NCBI GenBank assembly: GCA_963798085.1
Contig: CAWCRS010000007.1
Span: 1,024,001-1,088,000 of the forward strand
From: an uncultured Gemmatimonadales bacterium
GTDB taxonomy: Bacteria; Gemmatimonadota; Gemmatimonadetes; Longimicrobiales; RSA9
DNA: 64,000 nucleotides
Direction: 5' to 3'
Positions 29,094 through 38,302 of this stretch are shown in pieces; position 1 is the stretch's first letter; each line of letters opens with the position of its first letter. Below the pieces are notes generated by a model. The model searched no databases, was not told the origin of the DNA, and saw nothing but the letters and a program-made list of their open reading frames with translations. The position numbers were made by a program, and so were the translations under genes.

Positions 29094-30532
29094 TGGACGC
29101 GAACGCGACGCGCGGCGGGCGCGAGGCCTGGATGGATGTGGATCTGCGGGCACTGGCGCGCACGGGACCCGTGCACTTCGTGGGCATTGGCGGCGCCGGC
29201 ATGTCCGCGCTGGCGGAGCTGGTGCTGCGCGCGGGCGGCCGGGTGAGCGGTTGCGACACACAGCAGAGTGCCACGACCCGCGCGCTGGAAAAACTGGGCG
29301 CGGAAATCAGCCAGGGTCATGATGCGACGCACGCACGCGATGCGGTGGCAGTCGTGACGACCGCGGCAGTGCCGCCGGAGCATCCCGAACTGGTGGCGGC
29401 GCGGGCGCGCGGCATTCCCGTGCTCAAGCGGGCACAGGCGCTGGGCGCACTGGTGAATCGCGGGACGCTGGTGGCGATCGCGGGCACGCACGGCAAGACG
29501 ACGACGACGGCAATGACGGCCGCGATCCTGGCGGAAGCGGGGAAGGACCCGACCGGCTTCGTGGGCGGAACCGTGCCCGCATGGGGCAGCGGACTGCGCG
29601 CGGGATCGGACGCGCTGTTCGTGGTGGAAGCGGACGAATACGACCGTTCGTTCTTCGCGCTGCGCCCGCAGATCGCAGTGCTCACATTGGTCGAGCCGGA
29701 TCACCTCGATGTGTACGGCACTGCGGAAGCGGTGGAGGCGGCATTCCTGAGTTTCATCGAGCTGGTGCCACGCGAAGGCCTGGTGGCGGGCTGCGTCGAT
29801 GATGCGGGCGCCCGGCGGGTGCTGGCGCAACGGCAGGGCCTTGCCGTGCGCTACGGCACGAGCGATGACGCCACACTGCGCGCCGTGCAGGTGCGGCCGG
29901 AAGGTCGCGGCATGCGCTTCATCGTGCGTGATGGAGAAGCGGAGCTGGGCCGCATGGAAGTGGGCGCGCCGGGCCTGCACAACGTGCGCAATGCGCTGGG
30001 CGCCCTGGCGGCGGCGCGGCGCGCGGGCGCCGACTTCGGCGCGGCGCGGCGCGCGCTGGCCGCGTTCACCGGTGTCGAACGCCGGCTGCAGGAGCTGGGC
30101 AGCGCTGCCGGTGTGACGGTCGTCGACGACTACGCGCACCATCCCACGGAGATCGCCGCGTCCATTGCCGCCTGCCGCGCGGTCTACGGCGGGCGCTCGC
30201 TGATTGCCGCGTTCCAGCCGCACCTGTACACACGGACGCGCGATTTCGCGCTCGACTTCGGCAGCGCGCTGGCGGGAGCGGACGAAGTCTGGCTGACAGA
30301 CGTTTACGCGGCCCGCGAGCAGCCGATCGAGGGCGTCAGCGGATCGCTCGTCGCACGCGCTGTGGAGCAGGCGGGCGCCCCTGTGCACTACGTGCCCGCG
30401 CTGCGCGCGCTCGTGGAAGCGCTGACCGAGCAGCTGCGCGCCGGCGATGTCTGTTTGCTGATGGGTGCCGGCGACATCGATCACGCCGCGCACGATCTGC
30501 TGGCCCGGCTGCACACGCGGGGCGAACGATGA
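29090..30532 (+). CDS. murC: UDP-MurNAc--L-Ala ligase MurC
   Basis: GIGGAGMS, AGTHGKTTT, EADEYDRSF, DDYAHHPTE, FQPH.YTRT. Confidence 0.96.
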   Translation: MMDANATRGGREAWMDVDLRALARTGPVHFVGIGGAGMSALAELVLRAGGRVSGCDTQQSATTRALEKLGAEISQGHDATHARDAVAVVTTAAVPPEHPELVAARARGIPVLKRAQALGALVNRGTLVAIAGTHGKTTTTAMTAAILAEAGKDPTGFVGGTVPAWGSGLRAGSDALFVVEADEYDRSFFALRPQIAVLTLVEPDHLDVYGTAEAVEAAFLSFIELVPREGLVAGCVDDAGARRVLAQRQGLAVRYGTSDDATLRAVQVRPEGRGMRFIVRDGEAELGRMEVGAPGLHNVRNALGALAAARRAGADFGAARRALAAFTGVERRLQELGSAAGVTVVDDYAHHPTEIAASIAACRAVYGGRSLIAAFQPHLYTRTRDFALDFGSALAGADEVWLTDVYAAREQPIEGVSGSLVARAVEQAGAPVHYVPALRALVEALTEQLRAGDVCLLMGAGDIDHAAHDLLARLHTRGER

Positions 30533-31299
30533 GCGCGCTGACCCGCTGGCTCACCGTACTGGGTGTAGCGGCCGGACTCACGCTCCTCGCCGCGCTGGCC
30601 CCGATCGCGTTCCGCAAGTGGGATGCGTTCCGTGTGCGCCGTATCGAGGTCACGGGCACGCACTTCATGGCGCCCGAAGCCGCATTGGCGGCCAGCGGCA
30701 TCACGGACACGTCGTCCGTGTTCGATGATGCCACGCGCTGGGCACAGCGGCTGCGCGCGCAGCGCATGGTCGCGGACGCGCGCGTGGTGCGGCGCCTGCC
30801 GGGCACGGTGCGCATCGAGGTCGTGGAGCGCGAGCCCGTGGCACTGGTGCGCACGCCCGAGCTGCGCGCCGTCGATGCACGCGGACGCGTGCTGCCCATG
30901 AATGTGGCCGGTGAGGATGTCGATCTGCCGGTGATCACCGAGCGCACGAAGCTGAGCGGCGACAGCGCGGTGGATGCGGCGACCGCGCGCGTGGTGCGGA
31001 CACTGCTCGAGATTCGTGCCTTCGATCCGCAGCTGGCGCATTCCATCTCGGAGATCGGGCGGGTGGCGGGCGGGCTGAGACTGCTGCTGCGGGAACCGCA
31101 GTCGGCGGAGGTGCTGCTGCCGGCAAGGCCGGATGAGCGCAAGCTGCACGAAGTGCGGCTGGCGATGGAACAACTGCGGTCGGAGGGCGGCGCGAACGGA
31201 ACGGGCGGCACGGCACTCGATCACCTGGCGCGCATGGACGCGCGCTTCGCAGATGAGTTGTTCGTGTCGCTCTCCGGCGCCGGGCGAACACAACGATGA
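30529..31299 (+). CDS. ftsQ: Cell division protein FtsQ/DivIB
   Basis: TM, POTRA-like segment (IEVTG...RRLPGTVRIEVVEREP), C-terminal D.RF; upstream of ftsA. Confidence 0.85.
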   Translation: MSALTRWLTVLGVAAGLTLLAALAPIAFRKWDAFRVRRIEVTGTHFMAPEAALAASGITDTSSVFDDATRWAQRLRAQRMVADARVVRRLPGTVRIEVVEREPVALVRTPELRAVDARGRVLPMNVAGEDVDLPVITERTKLSGDSAVDAATARVVRTLLEIRAFDPQLAHSISEIGRVAGGLRLLLREPQSAEVLLPARPDERKLHEVRLAMEQLRSEGGANGTGGTALDHLARMDARFADELFVSLSGAGRTQR

Positions 31300-32525
31300 G
31301 ACCGAACCTGGTTGCCGGACTCGACATCGGGTCCACGAAGACATGTGCGGTGATCGCCGAGGTGCTGGCCGATCCGCGCGGCGAAATGCTGGTCAGGATC
31401 CTGGGCATGGGCCAGACACGAACCGGCGGCATGCGCCGCGAAGTGGTCACCGACATCGAAGGCACCACGACGTCCGTGCGCCAGGCCATGAAGGAAGCCG
31501 AGCTGCAGGCGGGCGTTTCCGTGGACCGTGTCCACATCGGCGTGGCAGGCGAGCACATTCACGCGCGCACCTCGAACGGCGTGGTAGCCGTGCAGAGCGC
31601 GGAGATCCGCGAGCAGGACGTGCGCCGCGTGCACGAAGTGGCGCGTGCCGTGGTGGTGCCCGCCGATCGCGAAGTGCTGCACGTGATCCCGCAGGACTAC
31701 ATCGTCGATCATCAGTCGGGCATCCGCGACCCCGTGGGCATGGCCGGCACCCGTCTCGAGGCGGAGGTCTACATCATCACCAGCTCCACCACGGCCACGC
31801 AGAACCTGAGCAAGGCTGTGGGTCGCGCGGGCTATCGCATTGACGCGCTGATCCACGAGCCCCTCGCCACGGCGCGCGCGGTGCTGACGGATGACGAGAA
31901 GGAGATGGGCGTCGCGCTGGTCGACCTGGGTGGCGGCACCACGGAGCTGGCCATCTTCCGCGACGGCAAAATGCGCCACCTCTCATCCATACCCTGGGGT
32001 GGTGGCACCATCACGAACGATCTGGCCAAGGGCCTGGCCGTCACGTTCGCCGAAGCGGAAAAAGCGAAGGAGCGGCACGGCGCCGCGTTCGCGCAGCTGA
32101 TCGATCCGCGCGAGACGGTCGAGCTGCCGGGTCCGGGGCCGGGCACCAAGCGCGACGTTCCGCGCGAACTCATCGCGCACATCATCGAGCAGCGCCTGGA
32201 TGAGATTCTGGGTCTGGTCGCAAAGGAGCTGGAGCACACGGGCGAGAGCGACCGCCTGGGCGCGGGCGCCGTGCTGACCGGCGGCGGCGCGGGCCTGACG
32301 GGCGCCGTCAATGTGGCGCAGCACGTGTTCGCCATGCCCGTGCGCGTGGGCATGGCCGGCGAATCGCTGACCGGCCTCACCGATTCCGTGACCCGCCCGC
32401 AATACGCCACCGCCACCGGCCTCACACTGCTGGGCGCCGAACGCGTAGCCGAAGCCACGCTGGGCATGCGCTTCGGCGACAGTGTGGCAAGGCGGGTCAT
32501 GGACTGGGTGAGGGAGTTCTTCTGA
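31296..32525 (+). CDS. ftsA: Cell division protein FtsA
   Basis: GLDIGSTK, VDLGGGTT, LTGGGA, C-terminal amphipathic WVREFF. Confidence 0.96.
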   Translation: MRPNLVAGLDIGSTKTCAVIAEVLADPRGEMLVRILGMGQTRTGGMRREVVTDIEGTTTSVRQAMKEAELQAGVSVDRVHIGVAGEHIHARTSNGVVAVQSAEIREQDVRRVHEVARAVVVPADREVLHVIPQDYIVDHQSGIRDPVGMAGTRLEAEVYIITSSTTATQNLSKAVGRAGYRIDALIHEPLATARAVLTDDEKEMGVALVDLGGGTTELAIFRDGKMRHLSSIPWGGGTITNDLAKGLAVTFAEAEKAKERHGAAFAQLIDPRETVELPGPGPGTKRDVPRELIAHIIEQRLDEILGLVAKELEHTGESDRLGAGAVLTGGGAGLTGAVNVAQHVFAMPVRVGMAGESLTGLTDSVTRPQYATATGLTLLGAERVAEATLGMRFGDSVARRVMDWVREFF

Positions 32526-32535
32526 CGGACCAACG

Positions 32536-32758
32536 GCGTTGCTGGGGCTGGTTGCCGGGAAACTGCTGCCCGGCAGCACACTGGATATAACAAACTGTTA
32601 AGGCGGTGCGAGTCTGGTGAAAGCAGAGGCGTGCGGGTGAGGAAGCTGGCGGTTGCGGCATTGGTGGAGTGCGCTGGCGGCGTCGGGACGGCGTCGTCGC
32701 CTGCAATCCGTGGATCCGTTCCGGAGCAACCAGCGCCGGCAACCAGCCCCGGCAACGC
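32536..32758. repeat. 223-bp intercistronic element bounded by 23-bp inverted repeats
   Basis: 32536-32558 GCGTTGCTGGGGCTGGTTGCCGG vs reverse complement of 32736-32758 GCGTTGCCGGGGCTGGTTGCCGG (22/23). Confidence 0.8.
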
Positions 32759-32815
32759 AGTCACGAGGCACCTGAGCTGAACAAACGAAAACCCTGCAGG
32801 AAGGAGTTTCCGGCC

Positions 32816-34003
32816 ATGATGATCTTCGAATTCGAGGAAGGCGAGTCGACGAACAACGCGCGCATGAAGGTGGTGGGCGTGGGTGGTGGGGGTGGCAATG
32901 CCGTGAACCGCATGATCGCGGACAGTCTCGAAGGCGTGGACTTCATCAGCGTCAACACGGACGCGCAGGCGCTGAAGCATTCGCGCTCGCAGCTGAAGAT
33001 CCAGATCGGGCGCAAGCTGACGCGCGGGCTGGGCGCGGGTGCGCGACCGGAAATCGGGCGGCAGGCGATCGAGGAGAGCCGTGACGAGGTCATGCAGGCG
33101 CTGCAGGGCGCGGACCTCGTGTTCATCACGGCCGGCATGGGTGGTGGCACGGGCACGGGTGCGGCGCCCGTGATCGCGGAGATCGCGCGTGAGCTGGGCG
33201 CGCTCACCATCGGTATTGTCACCAGGCCCTTCCTGTTCGAAGGCAAGAAGCGCATGCGGCAGGCGGAAATGGGGCTGCTGGAGCTGAAGCGCGCTGCCGA
33301 TACTGTGATTGTGGTGCCGAACGAGCGCCTGCTCTCGGTGGTAGGGAAGGGTACGTCCTTCCGGGACGCTCTCAAGAAGGCTGACGAAGTCCTGCTGCAC
33401 GCCACCCAGGGGATCAGCGATCTCGTGCACGTGACCGGTGAGGTCAACGTGGACTTTGCGGATGTGCGCACCGTGATGCAGAGTCGCGGACCGGCGCTGA
33501 TGGGCACGGGCTACGGCAAGGGCGAGAACCGCGCTGTCGAAGCCGCGCAGGAAGCGATCTCGAGCCCGCTGCTGGACGCGGTGACCATCGAAGGTGCGGC
33601 CGGCGTGCTCATCAACATCACGGGTGGTCTGGATCTCACCATTGACGAGGTCACGACCATCGCATCCATTATTCAGGAAGCGGCCGGTGAAGAGTCGGAG
33701 ATCATCTTTGGCGCGGTGCACGATCCATCGCTCGAGGGCGAAGTCCGGGTGACCGTGATCGCCACGGGGCTGGAAGGCGCCGAGGATGAGCCGATCCGCG
33801 AAAGCGGGATCCTGCGGCCCACGTTCGGCGTACGCACACCGTCGCCTGCGAGCAATGTGGCGGCGAGCGTGGCAGTGGGTGGATCACGGACACCGGCATT
33901 CACGGAGGCACAGCCGTTCCCGCGTCCACCACAGAGTTCGATTGCGCGACATCAGCTGACGGACCTGGACATCCCTACGTTCATCCGTCGTCAGCTGGAC
34001 TGA
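32816..34003 (+). CDS. ftsZ: Cell division protein FtsZ
   Basis: [27 protein letters not shown]-terminal DIPTFIR; AAGGAG RBS. Confidence 0.98.
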   Translation: MMIFEFEEGESTNNARMKVVGVGGGGGNAVNRMIADSLEGVDFISVNTDAQALKHSRSQLKIQIGRKLTRGLGAGARPEIGRQAIEESRDEVMQALQGADLVFITAGMGGGTGTGAAPVIAEIARELGALTIGIVTRPFLFEGKKRMRQAEMGLLELKRAADTVIVVPNERLLSVVGKGTSFRDALKKADEVLLHATQGISDLVHVTGEVNVDFADVRTVMQSRGPALMGTGYGKGENRAVEAAQEAISSPLLDAVTIEGAAGVLINITGGLDLTIDEVTTIASIIQEAAGEESEIIFGAVHDPSLEGEVRVTVIATGLEGAEDEPIRESGILRPTFGVRTPSPASNVAASVAVGGSRTPAFTEAQPFPRPPQSSIARHQLTDLDIPTFIRRQLD

Positions 34004-34016
34004 AACCGGGAGGCCA

Positions 34017-35312
34017 ATGCAGAGCGCATTCCGAATCCTCACACCGGTAGCCGTGCTGGTTGTCGGCGTGGGTGTCGTGCGGTGGCGCTCCGAGGCCTCC
34101 CAGGTGAATCCGGATCAGACGCCGGTACTGGCGGCGCTGTACGCGCCGCCCGTCGAGCGCGTGGAGACCCACGTGCTCAACCGCGGCGAGACGCTGAGTG
34201 ATGTGCTGGGCCGCGCCTCCATCACGGGGCACGACCTGGCGGAGTTTCTGCTCGGCGCGCGCTCCTACATCGATCCTCGACGCATGGCGGACGGCGTGGA
34301 GGTGACCGTGCGCCGCTGGGTCAGTGACAGCACGCCGCGCTCCATCGACCTGCGCGTCAATGCGGACACCACGGTCCGCCTGCGGCGCGACGCGGGCGGC
34401 TGGGGCGGTGCGCTGGCCGTCACGCCGGTGGTGCTCGACACGGTCTACACGCAGGGCCGTATCGCGCCGGGCGAGAGTCTGTTCCAGGATGTGGTCTACA
34501 GCAAGGATGACAGCCTGCCCATCGGCGACCGCACGCAGCTGGTCTACAACCTCGCCGATATCTACGAATTCAAGTTCGACTTCACGCGCGACATTCAGGC
34601 CGGAGACACGTATCGCCTGGTGTACGAGCGCGAAGTCAGACCCGACGGCAGTGCCCGCGCGCAGCGCATCCTCGCCTCCGAAATCGTGAGTCAGGGCCAG
34701 AAGTACACGGCCGTCTGGTTCGCGGGCGGCAAGGAGGCGCAAGGCTTCTACGATCTCGAGGGACGCCCGCTGGCGAACGGTTTCAGTCGCTACCCGGTGG
34801 ACTTCCGCATCACCTCATCATTCTCGCCGCGTCGCTATCATCCGGTGCTGGGCATCTACCGCGCGCATCTGGGCACGGATTTCGGTGCGCCCGCCGGCAC
34901 ACCCGTGCACGTGACCGCGGATGGTGTCGTGACGTTCGCGGGTTGGAACGGCGGGTACGGCAACCTGGTGATCGTGCGGCACACGAACGGCTACGAGACG
35001 CGCTACGCGCACATGCGCGCATTCGGGCGCGGTATCCGCACGGGCATGTCCGTGAAGCAGAAGCAGGTGATCGGGTACGTCGGACAGACGGGACTCGCAA
35101 CCGGCGCGCACCTGCACTACGAGTTGCGCCGCAATGGCGTGGCCGTGAACGCGGTCAGGGCGAAGGTGCCGCTGGCGCAGCCCATCAGGAAGGAGCTGCG
35201 CGCGGCATTCGACAGTGCGGCATCGACCCGCATGGCCATTCTCGACCAGCAGACGCAGCGGTATCTTGCGCACCTCGCGGCGCACGGGGCCAAAACAGCC
35301 GACGACAACTGA
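34017..35312 (+). CDS. M23-family peptidoglycan DD-endopeptidase
   Basis: HLGTD (HxxxD), GYGN, TRYAH, HLHYE; N-terminal TM. Confidence 0.9.
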   Translation: MQSAFRILTPVAVLVVGVGVVRWRSEASQVNPDQTPVLAALYAPPVERVETHVLNRGETLSDVLGRASITGHDLAEFLLGARSYIDPRRMADGVEVTVRRWVSDSTPRSIDLRVNADTTVRLRRDAGGWGGALAVTPVVLDTVYTQGRIAPGESLFQDVVYSKDDSLPIGDRTQLVYNLADIYEFKFDFTRDIQAGDTYRLVYEREVRPDGSARAQRILASEIVSQGQKYTAVWFAGGKEAQGFYDLEGRPLANGFSRYPVDFRITSSFSPRRYHPVLGIYRAHLGTDFGAPAGTPVHVTADGVVTFAGWNGGYGNLVIVRHTNGYETRYAHMRAFGRGIRTGMSVKQKQVIGYVGQTGLATGAHLHYELRRNGVAVNAVRAKVPLAQPIRKELRAAFDSAASTRMAILDQQTQRYLAHLAAHGAKTADDN

Positions 35313-35351
35313 ACGGGAGGGATCCCGCTACGGGGTCCGGCGTAGTAGACG

Positions 35352-35383
35352 AGGCCCGCAGGCGATGCGCCCGCGGGCTTTTT
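35352..35383 (+). terminator. Rho-independent terminator closing dcw/M23 transcript
   Basis: AGGCCCGCAGGCG-ATG-CGCCCGCGGGCTT stem-loop ending in TTTTT. Confidence 0.75.
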
Positions 35384-35402
35384 CACGTCTGTCCCGAGGC
35401 AA

Positions 35403-37358
35403 ATGAACGCAGCCATCTGGTTGCTCTGGGTCGCGGCCGCGGCCCTGGCAGTGCTCGGCGCGCGCTGGCTCTATCGCCGGCGTGAGCCGCCCGGTCACGG
35501 GCGAGGCATACTCGCGGGGCTGCGCGGTGGCATGGCCGCGCTGCTGCTGCTGCTGCTCTTCGATCCCGCACTGCCCGCCGCGGTGCAGCCGGGTGCGGGG
35601 CCATCCGTGCTGGTCGATGCATCGCTGAGCATGCAGCTGCCCTCCGCCACGAATGGTCGTACGCGCTGGCAGGAAGCAGTGGACCGCGCGCGCAAGCTGG
35701 GCGGGCGCGTCACGCTGTTCGGTGATGCGACGCGCGTGGTCAGCGTGGATTCGTTGAGCGAGGTCGCGCCGGCCGCAATGCACACGCGGCTGCTGCCCGC
35801 ACTGCAGGCGGCCGCGGAAGCGGGGCAGCATGAAGTCACGGTGGTGACCGACGGCGCGATCGAGGATGCCGATCAGGTAGCGCGCTGGCTGCCTCGCCTG
35901 GGCCTGCGCGTGAAGCTGGACAATGTCGGCGGATCGGCCACGAATCGCGGGCTGGTGCGCGTCCTTGCGCCGGCGTGGGCCGAGACCGGCCAGCCCATCG
36001 AGATCGCGTTCGAGGTCGCGGCGCAGGGCGAGGCAGGCACGCCGCTGACGGTGACGGTGAAGAGCGCGGGCCGTGTCGTCGCCCAGACCACAGTGACGAC
36101 GCCCGCACAGGGACGCGTCGCGACCGGCACGCTGCGCTTCGTTGCCAGCGCGCCCGAGCACGGCGAACAGGCGCGTTACGACGTCTCGCTGGATGCGGGG
36201 GACGGCATTGCAGACGACGACGCGCGGTCCGTGTACGTGCGCGTATCAGCGGAGCCGCAGGGCGCCGTGATGGTGTCGTTCGCGCCCGACTGGGAGCCGC
36301 GCTTCCTGCAGCCGGTGCTGGAGCGCTCGCTGGGCATGCCGGTGCGTGGCTTCCTGCGCACGGGCACCTGGTGGGTGAGCACAGGCACGGGCCTCCGGGT
36401 GGGCGGCCACGCGACCGAAGACAATGTGCGCCACGCCGTCGAGCATGCGGAGCTGCTGGTGCTGCACGCGCTCGGGCCGAGCGCGCCCGAGTGGGCGAAG
36501 CAGGCGGCCGCGAGCGCGCAGCGCGTGCTCGTGATTCCTGCAGGCGATGGTCAGGTCGCGGGTCTGCCACTGCCGCCGACCGGCGCAGTCGCCGGCGACT
36601 GGTACCTTTCCGACGATATTCCTCCGTCTCCCGTGGCTGCGCTCCTCACCGGTCTCAATGTGAAGGATCTGCCGCCGCTCACGGCGTTGCGGATACCGGG
36701 TCGCATCACTGGCGCGTGGTCACCGGCGAACGTGAGTCGCGGCCGCAGAGGCGCGCCGTACGCGGTGGCGCTGGGCGGCACGAGCGGTACGCGTCGCTGG
36801 GTCGTGGGACTGGGCGAGGGCTACTGGCGCTGGGCATTCTGGAGTGATGCATCGCGCGAAGTGTACGAGCGGCTCTGGAGCGCACTCGCCGGCTGGCTGG
36901 TGGGTGAGCAGCTGGCGCACGGACCCGATGCGGTGGAGCCTGCAACGCGCGTCGTGCCGCGCGCCGAGCCCGTGCGCTGGGTGCTGCGCGGCACACCCGC
37001 CGACTCATTGCGCATCAAGCTCACCGGTGACAGCGCGCGTGTCGCGCTCGACACCACGATCGTTGCGGCCGGCGACACGGTGGCGAGCGCTGTCCTGCCA
37101 CCGGGCCGCTACACATACGAGGCGCGGACTTTCGGTGAGCACGCCGGCAGCGGCGCGGGTGAGATCACAGTCGAGTCGTTTTCCGCTGAATTCACGCGAC
37201 CGGGTGTGATCGCGGCGCTGCTGGAAGCACCGCCCACCGCGCTCGCGGCCTCGGGTCATGCGCGCACACCGCTGCACGCGACGGTGTGGCCGTATCTGCT
37301 GCTCATCGTGCTGCTCTCGGTGGAATGGGTTCTGCGCCGCCGCTGGGGCCTGCGCTGA
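35403..37358 (+). CDS. Membrane protein with vWA-like/Ig-like domains
   Basis: N-terminal double TM, DASLSM (DxSxS) and VTDG, C-terminal TM with EWVLRRRWGL. Confidence 0.65.
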   Translation: MNAAIWLLWVAAAALAVLGARWLYRRREPPGHGRGILAGLRGGMAALLLLLLFDPALPAAVQPGAGPSVLVDASLSMQLPSATNGRTRWQEAVDRARKLGGRVTLFGDATRVVSVDSLSEVAPAAMHTRLLPALQAAAEAGQHEVTVVTDGAIEDADQVARWLPRLGLRVKLDNVGGSATNRGLVRVLAPAWAETGQPIEIAFEVAAQGEAGTPLTVTVKSAGRVVAQTTVTTPAQGRVATGTLRFVASAPEHGEQARYDVSLDAGDGIADDDARSVYVRVSAEPQGAVMVSFAPDWEPRFLQPVLERSLGMPVRGFLRTGTWWVSTGTGLRVGGHATEDNVRHAVEHAELLVLHALGPSAPEWAKQAAASAQRVLVIPAGDGQVAGLPLPPTGAVAGDWYLSDDIPPSPVAALLTGLNVKDLPPLTALRIPGRITGAWSPANVSRGRRGAPYAVALGGTSGTRRWVVGLGEGYWRWAFWSDASREVYERLWSALAGWLVGEQLAHGPDAVEPATRVVPRAEPVRWVLRGTPADSLRIKLTGDSARVALDTTIVAAGDTVASAVLPPGRYTYEARTFGEHAGSGAGEITVESFSAEFTRPGVIAALLEAPPTALAASGHARTPLHATVWPYLLLIVLLSVEWVLRRRWGLR

Positions 37359-37370
37359 TCGCGGAGACAA

Positions 37371-38294
37371 ATGGGAAGACTGCTGAAAGGTGTGGGCGGC
37401 AAGACGTCGCTCTGGAAGCGCATCCGCAACTGGGCGCTTACAGACATCGGTGTTCTGGTCAAGGGCGTCGACGAAGCCTCGCTCGAAAAGCTGGAAGAGA
37501 TTCTGCTGGGCGCGGACTTCGGTGTGCCGGCTACGCTGAAACTGGTGGCGCACGTCGAAGCGTTGCTGCGCGCCGGTCGCATTGCCAATCAGCAGGATGT
37601 GCTGGATGCCGTGGCTGCGGAGATCCGCGCGCTGCTGCGCCCGGACGAGCTGGACACGTCGCTGCACTTCGCGGCGCAGCCACCCACGGTCTTTCTGTTC
37701 GCGGGCGTGAACGGTGTAGGGAAGACGACGTCACTGGGCAAGCTCGCGTACCGCTTGCGCCGTGAGGGCCGGCGACCGCTGCTGGCGGCGGCAGACACCT
37801 TTCGCGCCGGCGCCATCGATCAGCTGCGCGTGTGGGCCGAGCGTGTGGGTGCGGAATTCGTCGGTGCGCAGCCGGGCGCCGATCCCGCGGCCGTCGCGTT
37901 CGATGCGATCGATGCCGCGGCTGCGCGGCGTGCGGATGTCGTGCTCGTCGACACGGCTGGGCGACTGCACACGCAGGCCGACCTCATGAGCGAGATCCAG
38001 AAGATCGATCGCGTGATTGCGAAGAAGCTGCCGGGCGCGCCACACGAGACGCTGCTCGTGCTGGACGCGACCATCGGACAGAACGCGGTGGCGCAGGCCA
38101 GGACATTCCAGCAGTCGATGCGGCTGACGGGCCTCGTGCTGGCCAAGCTGGACAGCTCGGCAAAGGGCGGCATCGTGGTGGCGCTGACAGAGGAGTTCGC
38201 ATTGCCCGTCAAGCTGGTGGGCACGGGTGAAGACGTGAAGGACCTCGAACCCTTCGACGCCGCGACGTTCGCCAGCGAAGTCCTCAGCGACTGA
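37371..38294 (+). CDS. ftsY: SRP receptor FtsY (NG domains only)
   Basis: GVNGVGKTT, DTFRAGA, DTAGR, KLDSSAKGG, GTGE. Confidence 0.96.
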   Translation: MGRLLKGVGGKTSLWKRIRNWALTDIGVLVKGVDEASLEKLEEILLGADFGVPATLKLVAHVEALLRAGRIANQQDVLDAVAAEIRALLRPDELDTSLHFAAQPPTVFLFAGVNGVGKTTSLGKLAYRLRREGRRPLLAAADTFRAGAIDQLRVWAERVGAEFVGAQPGADPAAVAFDAIDAAAARRADVVLVDTAGRLHTQADLMSEIQKIDRVIAKKLPGAPHETLLVLDATIGQNAVAQARTFQQSMRLTGLVLAKLDSSAKGGIVVALTEEFALPVKLVGTGEDVKDLEPFDAATFASEVLSD

Positions 38295-38302
38295 GTGGTT
38301 CG

